Counted from the stretch's first letter, positions 9,875 to 20,959 are shown. The stretch is 64,000 nt of DNA from an uncultured Alphaproteobacteria bacterium (GCA_963748455.1 CAVVJD010000014.1:232139-296138); one strand, 5' to 3'. The notes: generated by a model not told the origin, from the sequence alone. Numbers and translations: made by a program.

Positions 9875-11988
9875 ATGGCGACAGACGCAGAAACGGCCCC
9901 CCAACAACGGACCGCTGGCGCCGAGCTCGCCTTTCGCTTCGACGCGCTGACGCGCCATGGCGACATCGCGCTGGCACTGGGCATCGTCGCGATCCTGGTC
10001 GTGCTGATCCTGCCGATGCCGCGCTGGCTGCTCGACGTGTTGCTGGCGCTGTCGATCACGTTCTCCGTGCTGATCTTGATGGTCAGCCTGTTCATCTTCC
10101 GGCCGCTGGATTTCAGCTCGTTTCCGTCTGTCCTGCTGATCTCGACCATGCTGCGGCTGTCGCTCAACCTCGCGACTACGCGGCTGATCCTCACGCATGG
10201 CCACGAGGGCGCGCACGCCGCGGGCGATGTCATCCAGGCCTTCGGCAATCTGCTGATGGGCGGCAATTTCATCATCGGCGTGATCGTCTTCGCGATCCTG
10301 GTGATCGTGAACTTCGTCGTCATCACCAAGGGTTCGGGCCGCATCGCGGAAGTGGCGGCGCGGTTCAGCTTGGACGCGATGCCCGGCAAGCAGATGGCGA
10401 TCGACGCCGATCTCTCCGCCGGCCTGATCGACGAGAAGACAGGCCCGCGAGCGCCGCCAGACACTGGAAAACGAGAGCAATTTCTTCGGCTCCATGGACG
10501 GTGCCGCCAAGTTCGTGCGCGGCGACGCGATCGCCGGCCTGCTGATCGTCTTCATCAACGTCGTGGCCGGCATCATCATCGGCGTGGCGCAGCACAATCT
10601 CTCGCTCGCCCAGGCGCTGCAGACCTATACCGTGCTGACCGTCGGCGACGGCCTGGTGACGCAGATCCCGGCGCTGATCGTCTCGACCGCTGCCGGCCTG
10701 CTGGTCTCGAAGGCCGGCGTGACGGGCTCGGCCGACAAGGTCGCTGTTCACACAGCTCGGCGGCTATCCCAAGGCGCTGGGCCTGTCCTCCGGCCTGACG
10801 ATGGCGCTCGCGTTGATCCCCGGCATCCCGGCCCTGCCGTTCCTCGCGCTGTCCGCCGTCACCGGCGGCCTCGCCTATATGATCTCGCAGCGTCGCATCG
10901 CCGAGGCGGATGCAGAGATCGCCGAGTCCGCCATGCCGGTGGCCGCCGACCGAAGAGTCGATCACCACGCGCGCTGCACATCGACACGCTGCGCCTGGAG
11001 CTTGGCTACGCGCTGCTGCCGCTGATCAACAGCGAGAAGGGCCTGCGCCTCACCGACCAGATCAAGGCGCTGCGCCGGCAGATCGCGACCGACATGGGCT
11101 TCGTCATGCCCGCGGTGCGCATCCAGGACAACATGCAGCTCTCCGCCAACTCCTACCTGATCCGGGTCAAGGAAATCGCGTCCGGCCGCGGCGATATCCG
11201 CGCCAACATGCTGCTGGTGATGGATCCCAAGGGCGATCAGATCGCCCTGCCCGGCGAAGCCACCAAGGAGCCGACCTTCGGGCTACCGGCGATGTGGGTC
11301 GAGGAAGGCCATCGCGAAGAGGCGCTGTTCAAGGGGCTGACGGTGGTCGATCCCTCGACCGTCATCACGACGCATCTGACGGAAGTCATCAAGGACAACA
11401 TGGCCGAAATGTTGTCGTACAGCGAAACTCAGAAGCTGCTCGACGATCTCGGCACGTCGCATCAGAAGCTCGTTTCCGACATCGTGCCCTCGCAGATCTC
11501 GGTCGGCGGCATCCAGCGCGTGCTGCAGAACCTGCTGGGCGAGCGCGTCTCCATTCGCGACCTTCCCACGATCCTCGAAGGCATTTCCGAGGCCTGCGGC
11601 ACCACGCGCAATGTCACGGCGATCACCGAGCATGTGCGCTCGCGCCTGGCGCGCCAGCTTTGCGAAGCCGTGAACAGCCCGGCCGGCTTCATCCCGCTGG
11701 TGACGCTGGCACCGGAATGGGAGCAGGCCTTCGCCGAAATCCGTGGTCGGCCAGGGCGACGACCGCCAGCTTTCCATGGCGCCGTCGCGACTGCAGGAAT
11801 TCATCGCCAAGGTGCGCCAGGTGTTCGAGCGCCACGCCATGATGGGCGAGATGCCCGTGCTGCTGACGAGCCCGCTGGCGCGGCCCTATGTGCGCTCGAT
11901 CGTCGAGCGCTTCCGGCCGATGACCATGGTGATGTCGCAAAACGAGATCTACCCCAAGGCCCGCATCAAGACCGTGGGACAGATCTAA
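9875..11988 (+). CDS. flhA: flagellar export gate protein FlhA; several indels
   Basis: [77 protein letters not shown]; split over three frames. Confidence 0.95.
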
Positions 11989-12003
11989 GGATCGCGACGT
12001 ATC

Positions 12004-13086
12004 ATGCGACTCAAAGCCTTCACCGCCCCGACCCTCAGCGAAGCGATGCACCAGGTGCGCGTCGAGCTGGGCCCGGAGGCGGTCATCATCGACACGCAGG
12101 ATGACGGCGCGCTCGGCACGCGCATCCTCGCCGCCGTCGAGGCGTTGAGCCCGCGCGAAGATCAGCGCATTGCCGCCGCCGCATCCGCACCGGCACCGGT
12201 CAATCCCGCCAAGCCCGCAAACACACCGCCACCGCGCCCCGGCGCACCGCGGCCGTGGCGGCCGCCCGCGATCAACCGGCCGGTCAGTTCGGTGCCGCGC
12301 AATGCCGTCGATCCGCTGATCGATGCGCTGACGTTTCACGGCGTGCCGGTATCGCTGCGCCAGGTTCTGGCGACCGGCGACGAGGTCGCGACACCGGAAA
12401 GCGTGCTCAGCGCCAATCTGGCACGCGATTTCAAATTCGCGCCGCTGGCCCAACGCAGCGTCAAGCCGCTGATGCTGGTTGGCCCGCCCGGCGTGGGCAA
12501 GACGCTGAGCGCGGCCAAGCTCGCCACCCAATCCGTCATCGGCCGCCGGCCGGTGCGCGTGATCACCGCCGACCATCGACGCGCTGCTGCCTTCGAGCAG
12601 CTTTCAGCCTTCACACGCATTCTCGGAATTGAATTGGAAAGCGTTGAAAATGCTCAACATCTATCTCGACATTTGGCAGAAAACCCAGCCGCGCCGGGCA
12701 CCCAACTCATCATCGACACGCCGGCCGCAAACCCGCTTTCATCAGAGGATCTGCGCGAGCTTGGTGGACTTGTTACCGCAGCCCGCGCGGAGCCGGTACT
12801 TGTCCTCGCGGCAGGTGGCAATGCCGAAGAAACGGCGGAGAGTGCCGCGGCTTTTGCCGCGCTCGCTTGTACGCGTCTGGTGGTAACGCGCCTCGACGCG
12901 TCGCGCCGCTACGGATCGATCCTGGCCGCGGCGCATGGGGCGCGCCTGGCCTTTGCCGATGTCAGTTCCACACCCAGTGTCGCGCATGGGCTCGAGCCCA
13001 TCGATGCGCCGACGCTGGCACGGCTGCTGCTGACGAAGCGACCCGCCCCGCCGGTGGAAGCGTGGGCGCCCGGGCCGAAATCGTGA
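12004..13086 (+). CDS. flhF: FlhF-like SRP-family GTPase
   Basis: MRLKAFTAPTLSEAMHQVRVELGPEAVII, GPPGVGKT, RAAAFEQL; position between flhA and flhG. Confidence 0.88.
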   Translation: MRLKAFTAPTLSEAMHQVRVELGPEAVIIDTQDDGALGTRILAAVEALSPREDQRIAAAASAPAPVNPAKPANTPPPRPGAPRPWRPPAINRPVSSVPRNAVDPLIDALTFHGVPVSLRQVLATGDEVATPESVLSANLARDFKFAPLAQRSVKPLMLVGPPGVGKTLSAAKLATQSVIGRRPVRVITADHRRAAAFEQLSAFTRILGIELESVENAQHLSRHLAENPAAPGTQLIIDTPAANPLSSEDLRELGGLVTAARAEPVLVLAAGGNAEETAESAAAFAALACTRLVVTRLDASRRYGSILAAAHGARLAFADVSSTPSVAHGLEPIDAPTLARLLLTKRPAPPVEAWAPGPKS

Positions 13087-13850
13087 CCGGCGCGGCCACG
13101 CGCCCGGCCGGACGGACGATCGCGATCGCGTCCGGCAAGGGCGGCGTGGGCAAAACCTGGCTGTCGATCACCTTGGCGCAGAGCCTGGCGCGCAAGGGGC
13201 AGAAGACATTGCTGTTCGACGGCGATCTCGGCCTCGCCAATGTCGACGTGCAGCTCGGCCTGTTCGCCGACGGCGATCTCGGCAGCTTCGTCGCCGAGGC
13301 GGTCGGGCTCAAGGACATCGTGACGAAATATCCGGCCGGCGGTTTTGACATCGTCGCCGGGCGTTCGGGCAGCGGCAGCATGGCGGGGCTTTCCGCGACG
13401 CGCATCGAGCGGCTGGCCGCCGAAGTCAACGACCTCGCGCGCAGCTACGATCGCGTGATCATGGATCTGGGGGCCGGCATCGAAGCACCGGTGCGCATGC
13501 TGGCGGCGCGCGCCGCCACCTGCCTGGTCGTGACCAGCGACGAGCCGACGGCGCTGACCGACGCGTATGCCTTCATCAAGGTGCTGGTGGCAAGCCGCGC
13601 CAACGCTGATATCCGCATCGTCGTCAATTTTGCCGCGACCACGCGCGCGGGCGAGCGCACCTACCAGACGCTTGCCAAGGCATGCGAGGAATTCCTCAAG
13701 ATCTCGCCGCCGCTGGCCGGCATCGTGCGCCGCGACGCCAAGGTGCGCGACGCCATCCGCACACAAACCCCGCTGCTGGTCCGCCATCCCACAGCCGAAG
13801 CCGCCGCCGACGTCGACGCGCTGGCCGCCAGCCTGCTGGCACGGCCGTGA
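13083..13850 (+). CDS. flhG: MinD/ParA-family ATPase FlhG/FleN
   Basis: IAIASGKGGVGKT, FDGDLGLANVD, DLGAGI, EPTALTDAYAFIK; GTG start overlaps flhF stop. Confidence 0.9.
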   Translation: MTGAATRPAGRTIAIASGKGGVGKTWLSITLAQSLARKGQKTLLFDGDLGLANVDVQLGLFADGDLGSFVAEAVGLKDIVTKYPAGGFDIVAGRSGSGSMAGLSATRIERLAAEVNDLARSYDRVIMDLGAGIEAPVRMLAARAATCLVVTSDEPTALTDAYAFIKVLVASRANADIRIVVNFAATTRAGERTYQTLAKACEEFLKISPPLAGIVRRDAKVRDAIRTQTPLLVRHPTAEAAADVDALAASLLARP

Positions 13851-15699
13851 ACCCGATCCTGCCGACCGTACCAGTCCCGCCGGCACAGACGCCGGTGACG
13901 CCGGTCGGACAAATTCTGGCGACCCTGACGCAGGTGCCGCAATCGATCAACAGCATGCTGGTGAGCGCGCTGCTGTCGGGCACCGTGATCGGCCGCGACA
14001 ATAAAGGCCAGATCCTGCTGCAGACGGGACAGGGCGTATTCGGGATCAAAACCAATTCGCCGCTGCCGATCGGCAGCACGGTGACGTTCGAAGTGCAATC
14101 GGCCGGCGCGCAGTTGCAGACGGTGCTGCTGTCCGTGACGCCGCCGAATGCGCGCCCGCAAGGCGCGCCCACACCGGCGCTGGTCGGTCCGTTCGTCCAG
14201 GAGCCAGTTCAGCCGACACCGGGTTCGCCGCAGCAACAAGGTTCGCCGAGCACTTCGAGCACGGCACAGCCTGCAACGACCACGACGACGACACCACAAG
14301 GCGGCACGATCACCGCCATCGTCATCGCACCGCCCGGCGGTGGTGCTGCCACGCCACAAGCGCCGGCGCAGCCGCCCGCACCGGCCGCGGCAATGCCGCA
14401 GGTCACACCCGCACAGCAAACCACCGTGTCGCCGACAGCCGTCATCGCAGCGCGCCCGAATTGGATTGCCCGGATCGACCGCCGTGTTCGCGCGCCAGGA
14501 AGCGGCGCCGGCCGCACTGCGCGACGAGCACGACGCAAGCTGCAAGCGCTGCGCGACCGGCCGCGCCGCAAGCGGTGTCGGTGCAAGCACGACGTCCGTC
14601 CTGGCAACGGCGCCGAACCAGGCATCGCATCGCCGGCCACCGCAGGTGCCGCTCTCCGGCCTCTCCGCCCGCACAAACTTGTCAGCCCCTGCTCCGGCAT
14701 TCGGTCACAGCGGCACTAGCGGCCGAGCCCGCCTCGCTCCCTGCGCTGCCGACCGGCACGCAGGTGCAGGTGCGCGTTCTGCCCAACGCACCTGCGCTTG
14801 CCAATGCGCCGCCCGGCCTGGTTCTCGGCAACCCATCGAACATGGCCAATGCCGCGCCAACGGTGCCGGCGGCGATCATCGGCCGCACGCCGCAGGGCCA
14901 GACCATTGTCGAAACGCCGGTTGGGCGCCTCGCCATGACTTTGCCGCCGACGCAAGAGGCCGTGCCGGGCAAGCTGCTCACACTCGAACTCAGTGTCGTC
15001 ACCAGGCCGGCGAGCCCCGAGCCGCCGCCGCTCGCGCAGCGCCACAGCGCCATGAGCATCACCCATGAATGGCCGGCGCTGAAGGCAGCCCTGAGCGCCG
15101 CCGAAGATGGGCCCGATCATGTTCTCAAGATGGCGCTCGACGACGCGGTGCCGCGGCCCGGTCCACGCCTTGCCCTGCAATTGCTGCAGGCGGTCGCCGG
15201 CGGCGATACGCGCCAGGCGCTGATCGAAAGTGTCGTCAAGCCGCTCGAGCGCGCCGGGCAGCACGAGCTCGCGCAACGCATTCAATCCGATCTCCAGGAT
15301 CTGCAGAAGCTCGGCTCGACGCCGGCGGCGGATTGGCGCCTCGCCTTCGTGCCGTTCTTCGACGGCCAGGAGGTGCGCCAGCTGCGCATCTTCACGCGCA
15401 AAAAGAAAAATGAAAAAGGACGCAAGGACGAGTCCGGCACGCGCTTCGTGATCGAGTGCGAGCACGGCGAACTCGGTGCGCTGCAGCTCGATGGGTTTCT
15501 GCACAAGCAGAGCCTGGACGTGATCGTGCGCAGCCACAGCGATCTGCCGGCGTGGATGAAGGGCGACATGATCGCGCTGTTCACCGATTCCTGCGGCGCC
15601 ATCGGCATGCACGGCCAACTCCAGTTCAACGCCGCCCCGGTCTTCCCGGTGGCGCCGATGGACGAGATCGCGGGCGCCGGCGCGGGCGTGCTGGTCTAG
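13847..15699 (+). CDS. Pro/Thr/Gln-rich hypothetical protein with FliK-like C-terminal domain; indels in the middle
   Basis: GTG overlaps flhG stop; N part from ORF 13682-14719, C part from ORF 14461-15699 (RFVIECEHGELGALQLDG...LDVIVRS...GQLQF). Confidence 0.65.
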
Positions 15700-15754
15700 C
15701 ACCAAGAGCCTCAAAGAGGCTTATTTCTGAGTATCTTAGCTAGTATTTATGGAT

Positions 15755-15776
15755 TTTTGCCCGGTTTCGGGCAAAA
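15755..15776. promoter_or_regulatory. perfect 9-4-9 palindrome, putative operator
   Basis: TTTTGCCCG-GTTT-CGGGCAAAA in an AT-rich tract 40 bp upstream of the small ORF. Confidence 0.6.
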
Positions 15777-15816
15777 TCTTTGATCTTCTTTGGCCAGATC
15801 ACGATGGTGTGCGCCC

Positions 15817-16089
15817 ATGGCGGAGCCGGTGGAGCTCGACGAGTTGGTGGCTCATCTGGTCCGGGCCAGCCGGCTAACCCCGGCGGAGGCCGCCAAGCTG
15901 GTCGACGAGGTGCTGTCCTTCCTCGCCGAGCAGCCGGAGGAGTTCGTGCGGCGGCGCCATCTGGCACTTCAGCACGAGGGGCTGCCGAACCCGGAGATTT
16001 TCGCGCGCATCACCGCCGAGCTGGCGCGCTGGCGGTTCCGGGCGCCGGACTTCAGCGAGCGGCAGATCCGGCGGATCATCTACGGCTGA
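15817..16089 (+). CDS. small helical hypothetical protein (90 aa) upstream of glmS
   Basis: MAEPVELDELVAHLVRASRLTPAEAAKLVDEVLSFL...EEFVRRRHLALQ...APDFSERQIRRIIYG; stop 12 bp before glmS ATG. Confidence 0.8.
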   Translation: MAEPVELDELVAHLVRASRLTPAEAAKLVDEVLSFLAEQPEEFVRRRHLALQHEGLPNPEIFARITAELARWRFRAPDFSERQIRRIIYG

Positions 16090-16101
16090 GGGGACGCTCT
16101 G

Positions 16102-17929
16102 ATGTGCGGCATCGTCGGATACATCGGCAAGCGCGACGCGGCGCCGCTGCTGATCGAGGGCCTGCGGCGGCTGGAGTACCGCGGCTATGACTCCGCGGGC
16201 ATGGCGATCGCGCAGCGACGGGCGGCTGCGCGTCCACAAGCGCAAGGGCAAGGTGCGCGAGCTCGAGAGGCGCTGCCGGCCGAAGTCGCGGGCTCGCCGG
16301 GGATCGCCCACACCCGCTGGGCGACGCACGGCGAGCCGAGCGACGTCAACGCCCACCCGCACGCCGACGCCGACGAGCCGGATCGCGGTGGTCCACAACG
16401 GCATCATCGAGAACGCCGCGGACGTTGCGCGACGCGGCTGGAGGCAGACGGGCGTCGTCTTCCGCTCGCGAGACCGACACCGAGGTGCTGGCGCACCTGA
16501 TCGCGCGCGGCCCGAGAACACGCTGGTCGAGGCGCGTGCGCGCGGCGCTGCGGCTGGTGAAGGGCGCCTATGGCCTGGCGGTGATCGACGCGGCGCGGCC
16601 CGAGACGCATCGTGGCGGCGCGCAACGGCGGCCCGGTGGTCGTGGGCGTCGGCGAGCGCGAGATGTTCGTCGCCTCCGACGCCGCGGCGCTGATGGGCCA
16701 CGCGCCGCACCGTGGCGCACCTGGACGACGGCGAGATGGCCGAGGTCCGCGCCGACGGCTTACGGACGCTGACGCTGGACGGCGCGGAGACCACCAAGAC
16801 GCCGCGACGATCGCCGGGCGAGCGCGGCCTTCGACAAGGGCGACTTCGCGCACTTCATGCGGAAGGAGATCGCCGAGCAGCCGGAGGCCGTGCGGCGCAC
16901 GCTGCGGGCCGGCTGGACCCCCGGTTCCCGACCGCGCACCTGGGCGGCATCGAGCTGGCCGCGCGCGAGATGCTGGACATCCGCCGGGTGAAGATCCTGG
17001 GCTGCGGCTCGGCCTACTTCGCCGGGCGCGTCGGCGCGCACCTGATCGAGCAGCTGGCGCGCATTCCCGGCGCATGCCGAGCCGGCCTCGGAGTTCCGCT
17101 ACCGCAACCCGGTGATCGAGCAGGACACGCTCTATATCGCCGTCAGCCAGTCGGGCGAGACCTTCGACACCCTGGCGGCGATCCAGGAGGTGAAGCGCAA
17201 GGGCGGGCGCGTGCTGGGCGTCGATCAACGTCGTCGGCTCGACCATCGCGCGCGAGTGCGGGCGCGGCATCTACCTGCACGCCGGGCCCGAGGTGGCGGT
17301 GGTCTCCACCAAGACCTGGACCTGCACCGCGGTGGCGTTCGCGCTGCTGGCGCTGCAGCTCGGGCCGCGTGCGCGACCTCTCGGCGGCGAGCGGCGCGCG
17401 GCTGCTCGCGGCGCTCGGCGCGCTGCCCGAGCAGATCGCGAGATCATGGCGCGGGAGGCCGAGCTCGCGGCGATCGCGCAGCGACTGGCGGCGGCCGAGC
17501 ACGCCTATTTCGTCGGCCGCGCGGCGGGCTATGCGGTGGCGATGGAAGGCGCGCTGAAGCTGAAGGAGATCAGCTACCTCCACGCCGAGGCCTATCCGGC
17601 GTCGGAGCTGAAGCACGGGCCGCTGGCGCTGATCGCGCCGCGAGACGCCGACCGTCGATCGTGCTGCCGCACGACGACCTGCTTCGCGAAGAACCTCTCC
17701 ACCATCGCCGAGGTGCGCGCCCGCCGCGGGCCGGTGCTGGCGATCACCCATCCGGGCGACGTGCCGGCGGCGGTCGACGGCGAGTTCGCCGTGCCGCGCT
17801 CCGAGCCGGAGCTGGACCCGATCCTGCTGAACATGCCGCTGCAGCTCCTGGCCTACCAGGTCGCGCTGCGGCCTCGGCCGCGACATCGACCAGCCGCGCA
17901 ACCTGGCGAAGTCGGTGACGGTGGAGTAG
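16102..17929 (+). CDS. glmS: glutamine--fructose-6-phosphate aminotransferase GlmS; a dozen or more indels (sequencing error or pseudogene)
   Basis: [75 protein letters not shown]-stop, scattered over three frames. Confidence 0.93.
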
Positions 17930-18004
17930 CTGCCGGAAATTTCGCACGGCGCTTTTTCGGTCGAATGATCGTTCTACGGCAGCGGCTCAACCTGATAGGT
18001 CGGG

Positions 18005-18110
18005 GCCACCCCCTCACCCCAACCCTCTCCCCGTTGGGGAGAGGGGGCAGACCGAGGCGCGGTGAAATCCCCTCTCCCCTCTGGGGAGAGGGTTAGGGTG
18101 AGGGGGTGGC
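18005..18110. repeat. palindromic REP/RIME-like repeat, family A
   Basis: GCCACCCCCTCACCC...CCCTCTCCCC-GGGGAGAGGG...GGGTGAGGGGGTGGC nested inverted repeats. Confidence 0.85.
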
Positions 18111-18197
18111 GCTGCCGTCGAAGACGATCTGCGCCACACTATTCAGACCTCTGTGGGTCAAGCTCGCGGGTTGCAGATTTTTTTGACGAAATGACTG

Positions 18198-18756
18198 CTA
18201 GCCCGCTGCCGGCGCCCTGTTGGCGTCCTCGAACAGGCGTTTCGCCTTTTCGACGTCGTAGGGCTGCTCGATCAGCGTTTCGGGATTCCATTCGCTGCGC
18301 GCCGTGCTGAAGAAGGCGCCGCCATAGACGTGGATGGCGCCGGTCAGCTTGGCGATCGGGTTCGTCACGGAATGAATGATGTTGGGCCCGAGCGGCTCGG
18401 CATCGCGCACGCACAGCGCCTTGGCGCCCGCGGCCTCGAGCTTCGGGCCGTGGCCGTTGGCCGGGCGGCGCCAAAAAATATTGTCCTCGCGGCCGGTGTA
18501 GACGCCGATCACGGCCCACATGCGATGGTCGTGCGGCATGATCGTCATCATCGGCGCCCAGATCACATTGAGGATCGTGAGATCATCGGAGCTGTGCAGA
18601 GTTCTGCAGCGTGCCGCGCTGGGGTTCTCCCAGTCCCTTGAGAACGGCCGACGGATCGGAGACGGCGCGGGCCACGACCTCGCGGACGAGCTTGTGGCTG
18701 CGGTCGGCGGACACGGCCTCGCGGCAATCGGCGATAAATCGGTCGAGGTCGAACAT
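18198..18756 (-). CDS. cupin / cysteine-dioxygenase-like metal-dependent protein; +1 indel at ~18601
   Basis: GGAGG RBS, MFDLDRFIADCREAV..., PHDHRMWAVIGVYTGREDN, IHSVTNP, AIHVYGG (three-His cupin pattern). Confidence 0.8.
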
Positions 18757-18851
18757 GGCGGCCTCCGGTGCTAGGTGTCGGCATTTTGCGCCATGCTATT
18801 TCGCCGCGCAATGTCACACCGTGGCGTGAATTGGATCACATCTCGCACACA

Positions 18852-18986
18852 CACCCCTCACCCTCCCACGCGCTGACGCGCGTGGGCCCCTCCCTCTCCC
18901 GCAAGGGGAGAAGGAGAAAGCGGCGCGGTGTAACCCTCTCCCCTTGCGGGAGAGGGTGGCGAGCGAAGCGAGCCGGGTGAGGGGTG
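18852..18986. repeat. palindromic REP/RIME-like repeat, family A
   Basis: CACCCCTCACCC...CCCTCTCCCGCAAGGGGAGA...TCTCCCCTTGCGGGAGAGGG...GGGTGAGGGGTG. Confidence 0.85.
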
Positions 18987-19122
18987 CGCGTGCCGCGTCT
19001 GCCAAGATTTTGCTGCGCTGTATGTGCAAGAGCACCCTGGGTCCGGATGCGATATGAATTTTGATTGAAGCGCAGAATTAAAATAGAGTGATCGCCTCGT
19101 TATCGTCGATCCGCACAGCGCA

Positions 19123-20307
19123 ATGCCCTCCTCAGACTCCTACGACGTCGTCATCATCGGCGGTGCGGTTACCGGCAGTTCGGCGGCCTATCACCTCGCC
19201 GCCAATCCGGATTTCAAGGGCCGCGTTCTGGTCCTGGAGAAAGACCCCAGCTACCAGCGCTGCGCCTCGGCGCTGTCGGCGGCGTCGATCCGGCAGCAAT
19301 ACTCGGCGGCGATCAATATCGAGATTTCGCTGTACGGCATCAAATTCCTGCGCGCCATCGGCGAGACACTGGCGGTGGATGGCGAGAGGCCGGAGATCGA
19401 GCTGCACGAGGGCGGCTATCTGTTCCTAGCCGGGCCGGCGGGGCGGAGCATCCTCGAAGAGAATCACGCGCTGCAGACGAAGCTGGGTGCCGATATCCTA
19501 TTCCTCGAACCCGATGCGCTGGTGAAACAATTCAAGTGGCTGAGCGTCGATGGTGTCGCCGCCGGGACCTGGGGCCGGACCGGCGAAGGCTGGTTCGACG
19601 GCTATGGGCTGATGCAGGCGTTCCGGCGCAAGGCGCGATCGCTGGGCGTCGAATATCGCGCGGCGAGCGCGACAGGCCTGGAGATGGCGGATGGGCGCGT
19701 CAGCGCCGTGCGGCTCGATGACGGTACGCGCATCGCCTGCGGCGCCGTGGTCAACGCGGCGGGTGCCGGCGGCGCCGCGATTGCGCGTGCGGCGGGTTTG
19801 CAGATTCCGATCCACAACAAAAAACGCATGATCTTCACCTTCGATTGCCGCGAGGATGTGGCCAATTGTCCCCTACTCATCGACGCCACCGGCGTCTATG
19901 TGCGGCCCGAAGGCAAGGGCTTCCTCTGCGGTTCGGCGCCCTCCCCCGACCAGGACCCGGATAGCGACGAGTTCGAGGTCGATTACAATTTCTTCGACGA
20001 CATCGTGTGGCCGGTCCTGGCCCAGCGCGTGCCGGCCTTCGAGCGCATCAAGCCGGGGCGGGCCTGGGCCGGGCATTACGACATGAATTTGTTCGACCAC
20101 AACGTGTTCGTGGGCGCGGTGTCGGAGCCGGGCAATTTCTATCTCGCCAACGGTTTCAGCGGCCATGGGCTGCAGCAATCGCCGGCGATCGGCCGGGGCC
20201 TGAGCGAGCTGCTGATCTACGGGCGCTACACCACGCTCGACCTGACGCCGCTGTCGTTTACGCGGTTTCTGGAGGGGCGGCGGATGGTGGAGAGGAATGT
20301 GGTGTGA
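19123..20307 (+). CDS. FAD-dependent oxidoreductase, DAO/sarcosine-oxidase-beta (FOXRED1-like) family
   Basis: DVVIIGGAVTGSS Rossmann motif, SALSAASIRQQY, VVNAAG, WAGHYD, NGFSGHGLQQSPAIG. Confidence 0.88.
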   Translation: MPSSDSYDVVIIGGAVTGSSAAYHLAANPDFKGRVLVLEKDPSYQRCASALSAASIRQQYSAAINIEISLYGIKFLRAIGETLAVDGERPEIELHEGGYLFLAGPAGRSILEENHALQTKLGADILFLEPDALVKQFKWLSVDGVAAGTWGRTGEGWFDGYGLMQAFRRKARSLGVEYRAASATGLEMADGRVSAVRLDDGTRIACGAVVNAAGAGGAAIARAAGLQIPIHNKKRMIFTFDCREDVANCPLLIDATGVYVRPEGKGFLCGSAPSPDQDPDSDEFEVDYNFFDDIVWPVLAQRVPAFERIKPGRAWAGHYDMNLFDHNVFVGAVSEPGNFYLANGFSGHGLQQSPAIGRGLSELLIYGRYTTLDLTPLSFTRFLEGRRMVERNVV

Positions 20308-20341
20308 TAGATCGCAGCACACCCGCGTCACCCAAACTTAT

Positions 20342-20430
20342 TTGTCACCCGCGGGCTTGACCCGCGGTCCCATGACCGTTTCTCCGTCGAGACTGTTTGT
20401 GGGTGCGCGGGTCAAGCCCGCGTATGACAA
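20342..20430. repeat. palindromic repeat, family B
   Basis: TTGTCACCCGCGGGCTTGACCCGCG...CGCGGGTCAAGCCCGCGTATGACAA. Confidence 0.85.
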
Positions 20431-20470
20431 TATTTTTGTTTGGACGAATTTTTATGTTTGAAGCATCGCG

Positions 20471-20959
20471 CTACGGCGCCACCCATCCCATGATTGGCAC
20501 GGAGCTGATGGAATTCTTCGGGCTGCCCTCGATCACGCGATCGCTGTAGGAGACGTAGACCAGCACGTTGCGCGGGCGGTCGTAGAAGCGCACGACCTGC
20601 AACTTCTTGAAAACGAGGCTGCGGCGCTCGTCGAAGACCTGTTCGCCGTCCCTGAGCTCGCCGGTGATCTGGATCGGGCCGGTCTGGCGGCAGGCGATGC
20701 TGGCGTCGCTCGTATCCTCGGCCACGCCCAGCCCGCCCTTGATGCCGCCGGTCTCGGCGCGGCTGATATGGCAGGCAACGCCCTTGACCTTGGGATCGTC
20801 GAACGCATCCACGACGATCTTGTCGTTGGGTCCGAGGAAGCGGAATTTCGTGCTGACCTCGCCCGTCGTGCCGCGATCGGGCCGGCTCCACACCCACCAG
20901 GCGAAGATCAGCAGGATGGCCAGCGCGCTGGCGCCGAGAATGAGTGCGATCTTCTTCAT
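20471..20959 (-). CDS. creA: CreA family protein
   Basis: N-terminal TM/signal; [62 protein letters not shown]. Confidence 0.9.
   Translation of the reverse strand: MKKIALILGASALAILLIFAWWVWSRPDRGTTGEVSTKFRFLGPNDKIVVDAFDDPKVKGVACHISRAETGGIKGGLGVAEDTSDASIACRQTGPIQITGELRDGEQVFDERRSLVFKKLQVVRFYDRPRNVLVYVSYSDRVIEGSPKNSISSVPIMGWVAP

Noticed and set aside
15700-16101. glmS ribozyme upstream of glmS
   Set aside because: The space is occupied by a protein-coding ORF and I could not recognise the ribozyme core; an Rfam search would be decisive.
18595-18608. 14-nt match to the tupB operator inside the cupin gene
   Set aside because: It lies in coding sequence at an indel error (LQTLH codons); probably coincidental.
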